Below, piece after piece: positions 18,264 through 28,288 of a DNA stretch of 64,000 nt (position 1 is the first letter of the stretch; each line of letters starts with the position of its first letter). The notes beneath the pieces were generated by a model. The model did not search any database, was not told the DNA's origin, and saw only the letters and a list, made by a program, of their open reading frames with translations. A program made the position numbers and the translations under genes. The stretch is from Clostridia bacterium (lineage in GTDB: Bacteria > Bacillota > Clostridia > Christensenellales > Borkfalkiaceae): assembly GCA_021204585.1 (NCBI GenBank), contig JAJPZC010000163.1, positions 7,388 to 71,387 on the forward strand. Reading direction: 5' to 3'.

Positions 18264-18521
18264 CCCGTCCGCCTTAGGGCAGTGTGCCGGGGAACGCACA
18301 GCTTTCGGGCCTCATTACAGGATTTATGCAAAAGGTATACATTTTAGCAAGCGGCGGTTATGCAAACATAGTACGGCATTTTCTGAAGCCGGAAAAGTTT
18401 TTTTAAAAAACCCCAGGAAATTTTCATTTCATTGTTTAAAACGCCTCCAAACGGTTTATATATAATAGTGTAAGGCCAGAGTGGGGCCTGTCCGCAGGGC
18501 AGGCTGAAGGCCGGAAACTGC

Positions 18522-19640
18522 ATGAGTTTGGAGGGTAATATGTTTACCAAGACCGAAAGGATTAGCTACAGGTGCAAGTGGAGGACGGAGTGTCTCCGCA
18601 CGCTCTGCGGCTTTGCCAACGCATGGGGCGGGACGCTGTACATCGGCGTGAACCCCAAGGGGGAAGTCACAGGGCTTTCGCAGGAATACTGCGAGTTCGT
18701 GTTAAGGGAGATTCCGGACACCATCCGGGGGGCCCTGCACATCATACCTGAGATCACCGTTCTGGAAGAGGAAGGCCTCAGGTACATCGCCATAAGGGTA
18801 GGGCTTTCGTTTGTCCCTGTGGCATACAACGGCGTATGCTATATGCGCCGCAAGGTGCGCCGCAAGATCATCACCCAGGCAATGTCAGACAGGGAGGTTG
18901 AAGAGATCCTCCTGGGCAGGGGTGCGGCCACATGGGATGCTGTGACTGGCCCTCTTTGGAGGGACAGGGATCTGGACTCCGGGGCCATAAAGGCATACAG
19001 GCTTGCAGCTGAACGGAAAGACAAGACGGATCTCGGAGACATAGAGTATCTGGAAAGCCTTCATCTTAAGAAGGGAGAACGCTACACCCGTGCGGCGGCT
19101 CTTATGTTCACGGAGCACCCGGAGTACTGGATCCGGGAGGCCTACATAAAGGCTGGCTTCTTTGATGAAGACGGCAGCGTCCTGTACCAGGAGAAGGTCA
19201 CGGGGCCCATATACAGGCAGTCGTGGGAGGCATTGCAGGTCATCCTTTCAAGGTACATGCGCCTTTACAAGAAGGTGCTGCCCTTCCCCGTGAAGGCAGT
19301 GGAGGAGGCCCTTCTCAACGCAGTGGTCCACAAGGATTACTCGGCGGAAGACCCCATTCAGGTGCGTGTCACAAAGGACAGCGTGCGCATCATGAACCGC
19401 GGAGGGTTGCCCGGCAGCTGGAACACAGCAGCGCTTGCGGACGTGCACGTTGCGGAGCCCCGCAACCGGCTCATCGCAGAGCTGTTCTCCAGGGCCGGAT
19501 ATGCCGGCGGCTGGGGGATGGGCATAGAGAAGATGCGCACAGCCTGTGAGAAGGCGGGCTTGCCTGCGCCCAGGTACTCCGTATCCAGCTTCGGCTTCAG
19601 CGTGGAGTTCAACCTCGGTGAGGCAGGTGGCGTATCATAA
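18522..19640 (+). CDS. AlbA_2/Schlafen-type putative DNA-binding protein with RecG-like C-terminal region
   Basis: 372 aa; LCGFANAWGGTLYIGVNPKGEVTGL is typical of the divergent AAA/AlbA_2 domain; C-terminal NAVVHKDY...PGSW region. Alternative start 18540. Confidence 0.7.
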   Translation: MSLEGNMFTKTERISYRCKWRTECLRTLCGFANAWGGTLYIGVNPKGEVTGLSQEYCEFVLREIPDTIRGALHIIPEITVLEEEGLRYIAIRVGLSFVPVAYNGVCYMRRKVRRKIITQAMSDREVEEILLGRGAATWDAVTGPLWRDRDLDSGAIKAYRLAAERKDKTDLGDIEYLESLHLKKGERYTRAAALMFTEHPEYWIREAYIKAGFFDEDGSVLYQEKVTGPIYRQSWEALQVILSRYMRLYKKVLPFPVKAVEEALLNAVVHKDYSAEDPIQVRVTKDSVRIMNRGGLPGSWNTAALADVHVAEPRNRLIAELFSRAGYAGGWGMGIEKMRTACEKAGLPAPRYSVSSFGFSVEFNLGEAGGVS

Positions 19641-19780
19641 GGGCGTCCTAAGACGCCAAATCGCACATATGTGAGCAAAATCATATGCAGGGTTGGCCAC
19701 TTGGCCACACCCTGCGCCTGCTCCCCGTGCGGGAGCGCATATATCTTGTGCAGGATTCTGCAATCTTTAAGGGGAAAGAC

Positions 19781-20287
19781 ATGAAGGTAGAGAAAAAGCA
19801 GCGCAACAGCAGGATGTGCATCATGTGCGGGCTGGACAATCCGTACGGAGTCCGCGCGCCCTTCTACACCATGGAGGACAAGAGCGTGGTGACGCTCTTC
19901 CAGTACCGCAAGGAGCACCAGAGCTATCCCAACACCGTGCACGGCGGGCTCATAACCGCCATGCTGGATGAGATGGGTCTTCGCGGCATGTGGGCGGAGG
20001 AAGGGAGCGAGATCACGTACGGCGTGACAACCTCCCTGCAGACCAAGTTCCGCAAGCCCGTGCCGTATGACGTGCCCTTAGTTGGCCGCGGCAAGCTGTA
20101 CATGAACACAGGACACTTCTTCGGCGTGCACAGCTCCCTGTACCTTGCAGACGGCACCCTCCTTGCGGAGGCGGACGTGAAGTACATGAAGGTGCCCACG
20201 GAGAAGTTCGGCGGCACCGCAGTGGAGCACGCAGAGATGTGCTATCTCATACCGGATGACGTCAAAGAGATCCAGCTGTACCTCTGA
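19781..20287 (+). CDS. PaaI-family hotdog-fold thioesterase
   Basis: 168 aa from MKVEKKQ (RBS AAGGGGAAAG); CIMCG..NPYG and HGGLITAMLDE motifs. Confidence 0.8.
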   Translation: MKVEKKQRNSRMCIMCGLDNPYGVRAPFYTMEDKSVVTLFQYRKEHQSYPNTVHGGLITAMLDEMGLRGMWAEEGSEITYGVTTSLQTKFRKPVPYDVPLVGRGKLYMNTGHFFGVHSSLYLADGTLLAEADVKYMKVPTEKFGGTAVEHAEMCYLIPDDVKEIQLYL

Positions 20288-20386
20288 CGCCTCATATCCC
20301 GCACCCCACAGACCAGGCAGCTTATGGCGGAGAGCCTTTCAGGGCGCCCCGCACAGTCATATATACAAAATACACGGAGACATATC

Positions 20387-20863
20387 ATGGCAGACACATA
20401 TCTCAGCGTGGGAGATACAGCTCCCGCTTTCACTCTTCCGGACAAGGACGGCAGCATGGTTTCTCTTGAAGACTTCAAGGGAAAGAAGGTAATCCTGTAC
20501 TTCTATCCGAAGGACAACACCCCCGGCTGCACGCGCCAGGCTTGCGCCTTTGCGGCGGCATATGAAGCCTTCAAGACTCTCAACGCCGTGGTTATAGGCG
20601 TCAGCAAGGACAGCACGGCGTCCCACGTAAAGTTTGCGGAGAAGTACTCCCTGCCGTTCATCCTGCTTGCAGACACGGACACCTCCGTCATCCGGGCATA
20701 CGGCGTATGGCAGGAGAAGACCATGTACGGCAAGAAGACGATGGGCGTGACCCGCACCACGTACATCATTGCAGAGGACGGGACCATAGAGAAGGTTATG
20801 CCCAAGGTTAAGCCGGACACCAACGCCGCAGAGATACTGGCATACCTCGGCACCGCCAAGTGA
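20387..20863 (+). CDS. bcp: Thiol peroxidase / peroxiredoxin Bcp
   Basis: 158 aa; [14 protein letters not shown] peroxidatic-Cys motif. Confidence 0.9.
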   Translation: MADTYLSVGDTAPAFTLPDKDGSMVSLEDFKGKKVILYFYPKDNTPGCTRQACAFAAAYEAFKTLNAVVIGVSKDSTASHVKFAEKYSLPFILLADTDTSVIRAYGVWQEKTMYGKKTMGVTRTTYIIAEDGTIEKVMPKVKPDTNAAEILAYLGTAK

Positions 20864-20886
20864 GAGAGACATTAAAGGGGAATAAG

Positions 20887-22359
20887 ATGAAGTACATACT
20901 GGCACTGGACCAGGGGACAACGTCCACAAGGGCCATAGTGTTCAACAAAGCCGGCCGCATAGTGGCCCAGGCGCAGCAGGAGTTCCGCCAGATATACCCG
21001 CAGCCCGGGTGGGTGGAGCACTCCCCGCAGGACATCATGGCCTCCGTCATGTCCGTCATAGCAGAGGTCCTTGTCCGTGCGGACGCCTCCGCGCGTGACA
21101 TAGCCGCCCTGGGAATTACCAACCAGCGCGAGACCACGATAGTGTGGGACAAGGTTACCGGTGAGCCCGTATACAATGCCATAGTGTGGCAGTGCCGCCG
21201 CACGGCCGACTACTGCGACAGCATCCCGCAGGATACACGGGACCTTATCTACTCCAAGACCGGCCTCATCCTGGACGCATACTTTTCCGCCACAAAAATC
21301 AAGTGGATCCTGGACAACGTGCAGGGGGCCCGTGAGCGGGCGGAGAAGGGGGAGCTTCTCTTCGGCACCGTGGACACCTACATCCTCTGGCAGCTCACCA
21401 AGGGCCGCTCATACGCCACGGACTACACCAACGCCAGCCGCACGATGCTGTACAACATCCATTCTCTGCAGTGGGACGAAGATCTTCTCAAGCTCTTCGA
21501 TATCCCCAGAACCATGCTTCCTGCCGTAAAGCCCTCCGGGTCCCTGTTCGGCAAGATCTCCGGCGGCGCCTTAGCGGGCGTTCCCGTCTGCAGCATGGCG
21601 GGAGACCAGCAGGCGGCTCTCTTCGGCCAGCTCTGCTTAGACCCCGGGGACGTCAAGAACACCTACGGCACCGGATGCTTCCTTCTCATGAACACAGGGA
21701 ACAAGGCCGTGAAAAGCGAGAACGGCCTTCTCACCACCCTCGGCGCAGGCCTCACGGACCATCCCTGCTACGTACTCGAAGGCTCCGTCTTCGCAGGCGG
21801 CGCAGCGGTGCAGTGGCTTAGAGACGGCCTCAAGGTCATATCCCACGCAGCGGAAAGCGAGGCCATAGCCATCTCCGTGAAGAACAACGGCGGCGTATAC
21901 GTAGTGCCCGCCTTCACGGGCCTCGGCGCCCCGTACTGGGACGCACACGCCCGCGGCACCATAACAGGCCTCACCCGCGGCTCCACCAGCGGCCACATTG
22001 TCCGCGCCACTTTGGAGGCCATAGCATACCAGGTAAGTGACCTCGTGCGTGCCATGGAGCGCGACTCCGGCATGCACCTCACCCGCCTTGCCGTGGACGG
22101 CGGAGCATCCGCCAACAACTTCCTCATGCAGTTCCAGAGCGACATCCTGAACTGCGAGGCCGTCCGCCCGTGCGTCTTCGAGACCACGGCCCTCGGCGTT
22201 GCCTATCTTGCCGGCCTTTACTGCAAGTACTGGGGCGGCGTGGATGAGCTCCGCTCCAACGCCAGCGACTGCCGCGTCTACATCCCCAGCATGTCCGACG
22301 CCGAGAGGGAGTCCCTTCTTGCCGGCTGGCGGGACGCCGTGACGCGCGCCCGCAGATAG
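20887..22359 (+). CDS. glpK: Glycerol kinase
   Basis: 490 aa; [45 protein letters not shown]. Confidence 0.97.
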   Translation: MKYILALDQGTTSTRAIVFNKAGRIVAQAQQEFRQIYPQPGWVEHSPQDIMASVMSVIAEVLVRADASARDIAALGITNQRETTIVWDKVTGEPVYNAIVWQCRRTADYCDSIPQDTRDLIYSKTGLILDAYFSATKIKWILDNVQGARERAEKGELLFGTVDTYILWQLTKGRSYATDYTNASRTMLYNIHSLQWDEDLLKLFDIPRTMLPAVKPSGSLFGKISGGALAGVPVCSMAGDQQAALFGQLCLDPGDVKNTYGTGCFLLMNTGNKAVKSENGLLTTLGAGLTDHPCYVLEGSVFAGGAAVQWLRDGLKVISHAAESEAIAISVKNNGGVYVVPAFTGLGAPYWDAHARGTITGLTRGSTSGHIVRATLEAIAYQVSDLVRAMERDSGMHLTRLAVDGGASANNFLMQFQSDILNCEAVRPCVFETTALGVAYLAGLYCKYWGGVDELRSNASDCRVYIPSMSDAERESLLAGWRDAVTRARR

Positions 22360-22720
22360 TTTGCAAACGATTGTTCATGCAAAAATCCATCCGCGAAAAA
22401 AATGAGCAGGCCCCGCGCCTGCTCTTGTCATGTCTGTCTGTAGTCTTGAATTTCCCTTTCGCCAAAGTGCATGAATGTGGGTCCGCAGATAGTACAAACC
22501 GGAATTTTCCGCTGCATTTCCCGTGGTATTTTCCGGGCAATAAATGCGCCATTATTTATGCAAAACAGCGGAATATATGTGCGTAACGGCTGTTTTAGTG
22601 TGCTAATAATTTGTGCTATGAAAACCGGGAGAAAATACGTGCGGAATTCATAGTTCCGCTGCAATATTTGTAGTGCTGAATTCCGGTTTCAGATCTGTCA
22701 GCAGAGGCCTCCGGAGGGCC

Positions 22721-23611
22721 TCAGCCGTACACTTTCTGCACTATGTACTCTGCGTACAGGCGGGCAATGTTGACCCCAGTGACGCCCTCAATGCCTCCGA
22801 AGAAGGCGTTGGAGTTGACCTCGCACACAAGGTACCCCCTTTTAGAAGGGAGCACGTCTATGCCGCAGTAATCCAGGCCAAGGACGGCGGAGACCTTCTC
22901 ACAGAGGGCGGTGAGATCTGCGTCCGGCACATATACGGTGCCCTTCCCGCCCAGCTCCATGTTGGAGCGGAAGTCCGTCCGGGAGACACGCTGCATGGCC
23001 GCAACGGCCTTGCCGCCTATGCATATGACGCGTATGTCCCGCCCTGCACACTCCTGTATGCATTCCTGGAAGAGGTGGGGGACCAGCTTGTACCTCTCAC
23101 AGAGCTTCTGGAGCTCTGTGCGGCCGTCTGCCTTGTGGACGTCTTTTCCAAGGGATCCGTATGATGCCTTGACTATAACCGGGTACCCCAGTGCGGCCTC
23201 TATTCTGTCCAGGGTGGCCTCTGTGACCGGTTCCTGGGGATCATAACAGAGAAGCCCCGGAAGGGTCTTGGGGCAAGGGATGCCGTGCCCGGAGAGGGCT
23301 ATGTGGGTGAGCATCTTGTCATCACAGGTGGCTATAGCCTCAGCGCTGTTGAACAGCCTCATGCCTGTCTTTTCCAGCAGGACGGACACGTACTTGTCTT
23401 TGTCCAGGTATATGCAGAAGTCTGCCTTGAGGCGGCGGATGGCTTCGCCGTCCCCGGAGACCTCCACAGGAAAGGAGTTGTTGGGGAGTATGTCCGCCTC
23501 AACGCCAAGGGCTCCCAGTTCCTGCTTGAGCCGTACGGACTGGTTCAGCGAAGAGGGGAGGGTGGAGTATGCGTTTGTGATTATGATGCCTTTGCGCATG
23601 GGTGCCTTCAA
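22721..23611 (-). CDS. RimK-family ATP-grasp alpha-L-glutamate ligase-like protein
   Basis: 296 aa; ATP-grasp pattern GSLGKDV ... DIRVICIGGKAVAAMQRVSRTDFRSNMELGG ... GIDVL. Confidence 0.8.
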   Translation of the reverse strand: MKAPMRKGIIITNAYSTLPSSLNQSVRLKQELGALGVEADILPNNSFPVEVSGDGEAIRRLKADFCIYLDKDKYVSVLLEKTGMRLFNSAEAIATCDDKMLTHIALSGHGIPCPKTLPGLLCYDPQEPVTEATLDRIEAALGYPVIVKASYGSLGKDVHKADGRTELQKLCERYKLVPHLFQECIQECAGRDIRVICIGGKAVAAMQRVSRTDFRSNMELGGKGTVYVPDADLTALCEKVSAVLGLDYCGIDVLPSKRGYLVCEVNSNAFFGGIEGVTGVNIARLYAEYIVQKVYG

Positions 23612-23697
23612 GTGCCCTGTGGGCCTGCTCCTATTATAATAATGCGGGAGCTTTGCGGCTCCCGCAGGGGATTGTTTGGTTTGGACGGGAGGGGAGG

Positions 23698-24957
23698 TTA
23701 GTCTCCGTCTCCTTCATCGCTCATAACGGAAGAGGTGTGCTGCTGAGGCTCTTCATCCTTTTCGGCCTTCTTTTTCTTGCGGGTCTTCTTTGCTGAGGCC
23801 TTCTCCTCGGCGGCTTCTTCCTTCTCAGCCTTTGCTTCGGCTTTCTCTTCGGCCTTCTCTTCAGCGGCTTCTTTCTTTTCTGCCTTCTCTTCAGCCTTTT
23901 CCTCGGCTTTCTCCTCAGAGGTTTCTTCCTTGATTTCCTTGTTGGCGTTGTACTTTGCCTTCTGGGCCTTCATGTATTCCGTTATGCTGTCGTTCTCAAG
24001 GTCGAAGCGGTGATGCTCCTGAGGGCGGTCCTTTTCAACACGCTCCGGAAGGGGATCGGGGATGACGGGCATGACAACCTCGTCTTTCCTTTCGCGCATT
24101 TCGATCTGAGTGAAGGGAATGGTGATGCCGTAGCGCTTGAACTCGTTGTACAGGTGCTCATTCACGTAGAAGAACACATCCCAGTAGTCACTGCTGTCGC
24201 ACCAGCAGCGGAGTGCCAGGCCTATGCCGCTGGAGTCGAATGAGTTGATGGAGCAGAAGGGGTTCTTGCCTTCCACATTCTGATATATGCGGCCGTCACT
24301 GTACATGACGTCGTATGCGACCTGCTTTACAAGCTCTATGTCTGTCTCGTATGCAACGGAAACGCTGAAGTCTATACGGCGGGAGCCGTTCACACCGTAG
24401 TTGATAATGTTGCCGGCTACCATCTGTGAGTTGGGGATGGAGATGCGCTTGTTGTCGTATGTGTTGATTGTGGTGAACAGGAAGTTGATGTTGACCACGG
24501 AGCCCTCAACGCCGTTGGCGCAGACCCAGTCTCCCTTGTTGATTATCTTGGAGGAGACTATTACAAGCCCGTCTGCAACGTTGGAGAGAAGGTCCTCCAG
24601 GGCAAGGCCTATGGCCAGTATGACGGCGCTCAAGGCCGTAACGGCGCCGGAGAGGTTGACTCCGAGTATTCCGAGAAGGATGAGGATCAGGATGACCCAC
24701 AGAATCAGCCTTATGATGGCCAGTATGAACTGCTGGGCGATGTCTGCTATCTTGGTGCGCTTGAAGATTCTCTTGAACAGCTTCATAAGGAGCTTTATGA
24801 TTATGACGCCTAAAATCAAGGCCACCACAAACCATATCACTCCCCAGTAGTTGTTGGTGAAGTAATCCTTTATGCTGTTCCACATGCCCACGAAGAAGCC
24901 TTCCGACGTCTCCTCAACGACTTCTTCCGCTTCATCCGCCAAAAGAGAAAGTATCAT
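23698..24957 (-). CDS. MscS-family mechanosensitive channel with K/E/A-rich C-terminal tail
   Basis: 419 aa; TM helices then GDWVCANGVEGSVVNINFLFTTINTYDNKRISIPNS; tail has EEKAEEKAE-type repeats. Confidence 0.88.
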   Translation of the reverse strand: MILSLLADEAEEVVEETSEGFFVGMWNSIKDYFTNNYWGVIWFVVALILGVIIIKLLMKLFKRIFKRTKIADIAQQFILAIIRLILWVILILILLGILGVNLSGAVTALSAVILAIGLALEDLLSNVADGLVIVSSKIINKGDWVCANGVEGSVVNINFLFTTINTYDNKRISIPNSQMVAGNIINYGVNGSRRIDFSVSVAYETDIELVKQVAYDVMYSDGRIYQNVEGKNPFCSINSFDSSGIGLALRCWCDSSDYWDVFFYVNEHLYNEFKRYGITIPFTQIEMRERKDEVVMPVIPDPLPERVEKDRPQEHHRFDLENDSITEYMKAQKAKYNANKEIKEETSEEKAEEKAEEKAEKKEAAEEKAEEKAEAKAEKEEAAEEKASAKKTRKKKKAEKDEEPQQHTSSVMSDEGDGD

Positions 24958-25164
24958 GTATGCCTACCGTCTATATCCATATATAGTATACTGCTTCAAT
25001 TCACATGGATTATAGCATGCGAAACGGAGGTTGTAAACCGAAATCTGCACACATTAGCAGATGTTTTGTCCTTGCCCGGCGCCCCCATGCGGGGTACAAT
25101 ATACGGGCAGCGGCAAAGGGGCTCCGTGCCCTCAGATGCCGCCGCAACTCGCAGAGGTGCATAT

Positions 25165-25593
25165 ATGAAGCTGGAATTTGAACTCGTGCCGGACTCATGC
25201 TGGTACTCCAACTTAAGATCCATTCTGTCCAAAGAGCAGTGGGACGTTGTGCGCAAGGACGCATACGCCCGCGCAAACGGCCGCTGCATGATATGCGGCG
25301 CTCCCACAGTCCGCCTTGAGGCCCACGAGAGGTGGTCCTATGACGAGAAGAACAAGATACAGAAGCTGGAGGATGTTGTGGCCGTCTGCCGCGCCTGCCA
25401 TGAGGTGATCCATATCGGCCGCACGCAGCTCATGGGCCGCGAGAAAGAGGCCTCCGAACACTACATGAAGGTAAACGGCTGCACCTATGCGGAGTACCGC
25501 AAGGCTTTGGGAGATGCCAACGCCGCCCACCAGCGGAGGAACAAAATAGATGAGTGGAAGCTGGACCTTTCCTGGCTCCGGCGCTTCTGTTAA
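25165..25593 (+). CDS. Small HNH/zinc-ribbon-like protein, function unknown
   Basis: 142 aa from MKLEFELVPD; CMICG ... HERW ... CRACHEVIH arrangement. Confidence 0.5.
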   Translation: MKLEFELVPDSCWYSNLRSILSKEQWDVVRKDAYARANGRCMICGAPTVRLEAHERWSYDEKNKIQKLEDVVAVCRACHEVIHIGRTQLMGREKEASEHYMKVNGCTYAEYRKALGDANAAHQRRNKIDEWKLDLSWLRRFC

Positions 25594-25766
25594 GCCCTGG
25601 CACAGCCTGCACAGGGCCACAGGCGCTCATGCAAGGCTATGTGCTGTGCATAACCCACAAACCAAAACAGCCCGCAGACGGGCATATATGAGGCTGTGAC
25701 GGCTCTGCAAGGCAGGGCCGTTCAGCTTTCTTCATGCCGGCGCACGCAGTGTGCACAAAAAACATA

Positions 25767-25981
25767 TGTGGATAACCGGCTGTGGAGAAATCCCCGGCGA
25801 CGGAAGGAAGGCGCCGACGGCGGAGGCGGATATGCCACAGAGGAAGGCCAAAATGGCCGGAATGTGGATAAGTTTTGGGGTCTGAGGGCCTGTTTGAGCC
25901 ACAAAAACGGCTCCGGAAGCTGTCCACAAGGCATTGTGGACAGGCCGGACGCATGGTGGAGAGACCACAACAGGTGGAGAA
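25767..25981. promoter_or_regulatory. Cluster of DnaA-box-like 9-mers
   Basis: Perfect TGTGGATAA at 25767-25775 and 25863-25871; TGTGGAGAA at 25781-25789; inverted pair CTGTCCACA/TGTGGACAG at 25920-25943; GGTGGAGAA at 25973-25981. Confidence 0.5.
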
Positions 25982-25995
25982 CTTGCAATAAAAAA

Positions 25996-26011
25996 GCACA
26001 AGATATAGTAT
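25996..26011. promoter_or_regulatory. Single NrdR-box-like site abutting the nrdD promoter
   Basis: GCACAAGATATAGTAT matches 13 of 16 positions of the NrdR box consensus acaCwAtATaTwGtgt as I recall it. Confidence 0.35.
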
Positions 26012-26019
26012 TTGAGTGC

Positions 26020-26048
26020 TTGACATATGTTTTTCTAAGCTTTATACT
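26020..26048 (+). promoter_or_regulatory. SigA-type promoter of nrdDG
   Basis: TTGACA, 17-nt spacer, TATACT. Confidence 0.6.
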
Positions 26049-26161
26049 CTACGTTGCACCGTCAAAAGGGGCGGTGTGGAAAAATCATGAGATGATTTTA
26101 ATAGTTCAAACATATAGCTGCGTGAAAGCAAATTTAGTAAGGTAGCTAAGGGGAGCCAGGT

Positions 26162-28288
26162 ATGAAAGTTATCAAGCGTGACGGCACGACGTGTGATTTT
26201 GACAGAAGCAAGATTGTCAACGCCATCAAGAAAGCAAACGATGCGGTGGATCCTGAAGACAGGGCCACGGACGAACAGATAGACTGCATAGCAGACGAGA
26301 TAGCAAGCCGTCACCGCGTGCGTCTTCTCGTGGAAGACATCCAGGACATGGTAGAGGAAAAGCTCATGGAGCTCCAGAAGTTCCAGCTCATGAAGGCTTA
26401 TATCCTGTACCGCTATGAGCGTGCCCTGGTAAGAAAGGCCAACACGACAGACGAGAGCATACTGACTCTTATCCGCAACACGAACAAGGACGTCATGGAG
26501 GAGAATTCCAATAAGAACGCCCACACAGCAGCCACGCAGAGAGACCTTATAGCCGGCGAAGTGTCCAAGGACCTCACAAGACGTATTCTTCTCCCCGAGT
26601 ACCTGTCCAAGGCACATGACGAAGGCGCCATCCATTTCCATGATGCAGATTACTTCATCCAGCCCATATTCAACTGCTGCCTCGTAAACATCCAGGACAT
26701 GCTGGACAACGGGACCGTAATGAACGGCAAGCTCATAGAGAGCCCCAAGTCATTCCAGGTTGCCTGCACGGTCGTAACGCAGATCATTGCATCCGTCGCA
26801 TCCGGCCAGTACGGCGGCCAGTCCGTCAACATGGCACACCTCGGCAAGTACCTGCGCCGCTCCAAGGACAAATACACCCGCCAGTGCGAGGAGATGTTCG
26901 GGGACACTATTACGCAGGAGGCGAAGGACAAGTTCGTCAACATGCGCGTGAAGGATGAGCTCAAGTCCGGTGTACAGACCATACAGTACCAGATCAACAC
27001 CCTTATGACCACAAACGGCCAGTCCCCGTTCGTGACACTCTTCCTCTGGCTGGATGACAACGATCCGTACATCGAAGAGAACGCCATGATAATAGAGGAG
27101 ATCCTCAACCAGCGCTACCAGGGCATCAAGAATGAAGTGGGCGTATACGTGACCCCCGCATTCCCGAAGCTTATATATGTGCTGGACGAGAACAACTGCC
27201 TGAAGGGCGGAAGGTTCGACTACCTCACAAAGCTTGCGGTAAAGTGCTCCTCCAAGAGGCTCTATCCGGATTACATCTCCGCAAAGAAGATGCGCGAGAA
27301 CTACCAGGGCAACGTATTCTCTCCCATGGGCTGCAGGTCTTTCCTTGCTCCCTGGAAGGACGAGAACGGCAACTACAAGTTTGAAGGCCGCTTCAACCAG
27401 GGCGTTGTATCCGTAAACCTTCCCCAGATAGGCATCCTGTCCAAGGGCGACGAGTCGAAGTTCTGGGAGATCTTTGAAGAGCGCATGCAGCTCTGCTTCG
27501 ATGCCCTCATGGTCCGCCACAACGCACTCTGCGGCGTAACGTCAGACGTATCACCCGTTCACTGGCAGTACGGCGCCATAGCACGCCTGGACAAGGGCGA
27601 GAAGATAGACAAGTACCTGTACGGCGGCTACTCCACAATCTCACTCGGCTACATAGGCCTGTATGAGTGCACCCTCCTTGTCAAGGGCTGCTCACATACG
27701 ACTCCCGAAGGCGAGAAGTTCGCCCTCAAGGTAATGCAGGCAATGCGCGATCACTGCGACCAGTGGAAGAAGGAGACCAACATCGGCTTCGCCCTTTACG
27801 GAACTCCCGCAGAGTCCCTGTGCTACAGGTTCGCCCGCATAGACAAGGAGCGCTTCGGCACCATCAAGGACGTGACAGACAAGGGTTACTACACGAACAG
27901 CTACCACGTGGATGTCCGTGAGCACATAGACGCATTCTCAAAGTTCAAGTTCGAGAGCCAGTTCCAGAAGATTTCTTCCGGCGGCGCCATCTCCTACATC
28001 GAGATCCCGAACATGCGCAACAATCTTACAGCGCTTGCAGACGTTGTTAAGTTCATCTATGACAACATCCAGTACGCCGAGTTCAACACCAAGTCAGACT
28101 ACTGCCAGGTATGCGGCTATGACGGCGAGATCATGATCAATGATGACAACGAGTGGGAGTGCCCCATCTGCCACAACAAGGACCAGCGCAAGATGAACGT
28201 AACCCGCAGAACTTGCGGATACCTCGGCGAGAATTTCTGGAACGTCGGCAAGACAAAAGAGATCAAGGCGAGAGTCCTTCATCTCTGA
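26162..28288 (+). CDS. nrdD: Anaerobic ribonucleoside-triphosphate reductase
   Basis: 708 aa; N-terminal ATP-cone, C-terminal Zn ribbon CQVCG..CPICH, glycyl-radical motif RRTCGYLG. Confidence 0.97.
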   Translation: MKVIKRDGTTCDFDRSKIVNAIKKANDAVDPEDRATDEQIDCIADEIASRHRVRLLVEDIQDMVEEKLMELQKFQLMKAYILYRYERALVRKANTTDESILTLIRNTNKDVMEENSNKNAHTAATQRDLIAGEVSKDLTRRILLPEYLSKAHDEGAIHFHDADYFIQPIFNCCLVNIQDMLDNGTVMNGKLIESPKSFQVACTVVTQIIASVASGQYGGQSVNMAHLGKYLRRSKDKYTRQCEEMFGDTITQEAKDKFVNMRVKDELKSGVQTIQYQINTLMTTNGQSPFVTLFLWLDDNDPYIEENAMIIEEILNQRYQGIKNEVGVYVTPAFPKLIYVLDENNCLKGGRFDYLTKLAVKCSSKRLYPDYISAKKMRENYQGNVFSPMGCRSFLAPWKDENGNYKFEGRFNQGVVSVNLPQIGILSKGDESKFWEIFEERMQLCFDALMVRHNALCGVTSDVSPVHWQYGAIARLDKGEKIDKYLYGGYSTISLGYIGLYECTLLVKGCSHTTPEGEKFALKVMQAMRDHCDQWKKETNIGFALYGTPAESLCYRFARIDKERFGTIKDVTDKGYYTNSYHVDVREHIDAFSKFKFESQFQKISSGGAISYIEIPNMRNNLTALADVVKFIYDNIQYAEFNTKSDYCQVCGYDGEIMINDDNEWECPICHNKDQRKMNVTRRTCGYLGENFWNVGKTKEIKARVLHL

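Noticed and set aside
22360-22720. AT-richer 360-bp convergent intergenic region after glpK, with repeated TTCCGCTGCA and CGGAATT strings and three 60-78-aa ORFs.
   Set aside because: The ORFs lack RBS and motifs and the repeats are short. It is most simply a terminator/spacer region (hairpins at about 22404-22424 and 22703-22721). I cannot support an sRNA call without expression data.
23780-23935. Short periodic DNA repeats (GGCTTTCTCTTCGGCCTTCTC-type) that could look like a repeat array.
   Set aside because: They are the coding sequence (minus strand) of the K/E/A-rich EEKAEEKAE tail of the MscS protein. The spacing is not CRISPR-like.
25594-26161. Possibility that the DnaA-box cluster is the chromosomal origin (oriC).
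   Set aside because: No dnaA, dnaN or rpmH lies nearby, and there is no switch of gene orientation across the site (genes are mostly + on both sides). I kept it as a non-origin DnaA-box cluster. Whole-genome GC skew would settle it.
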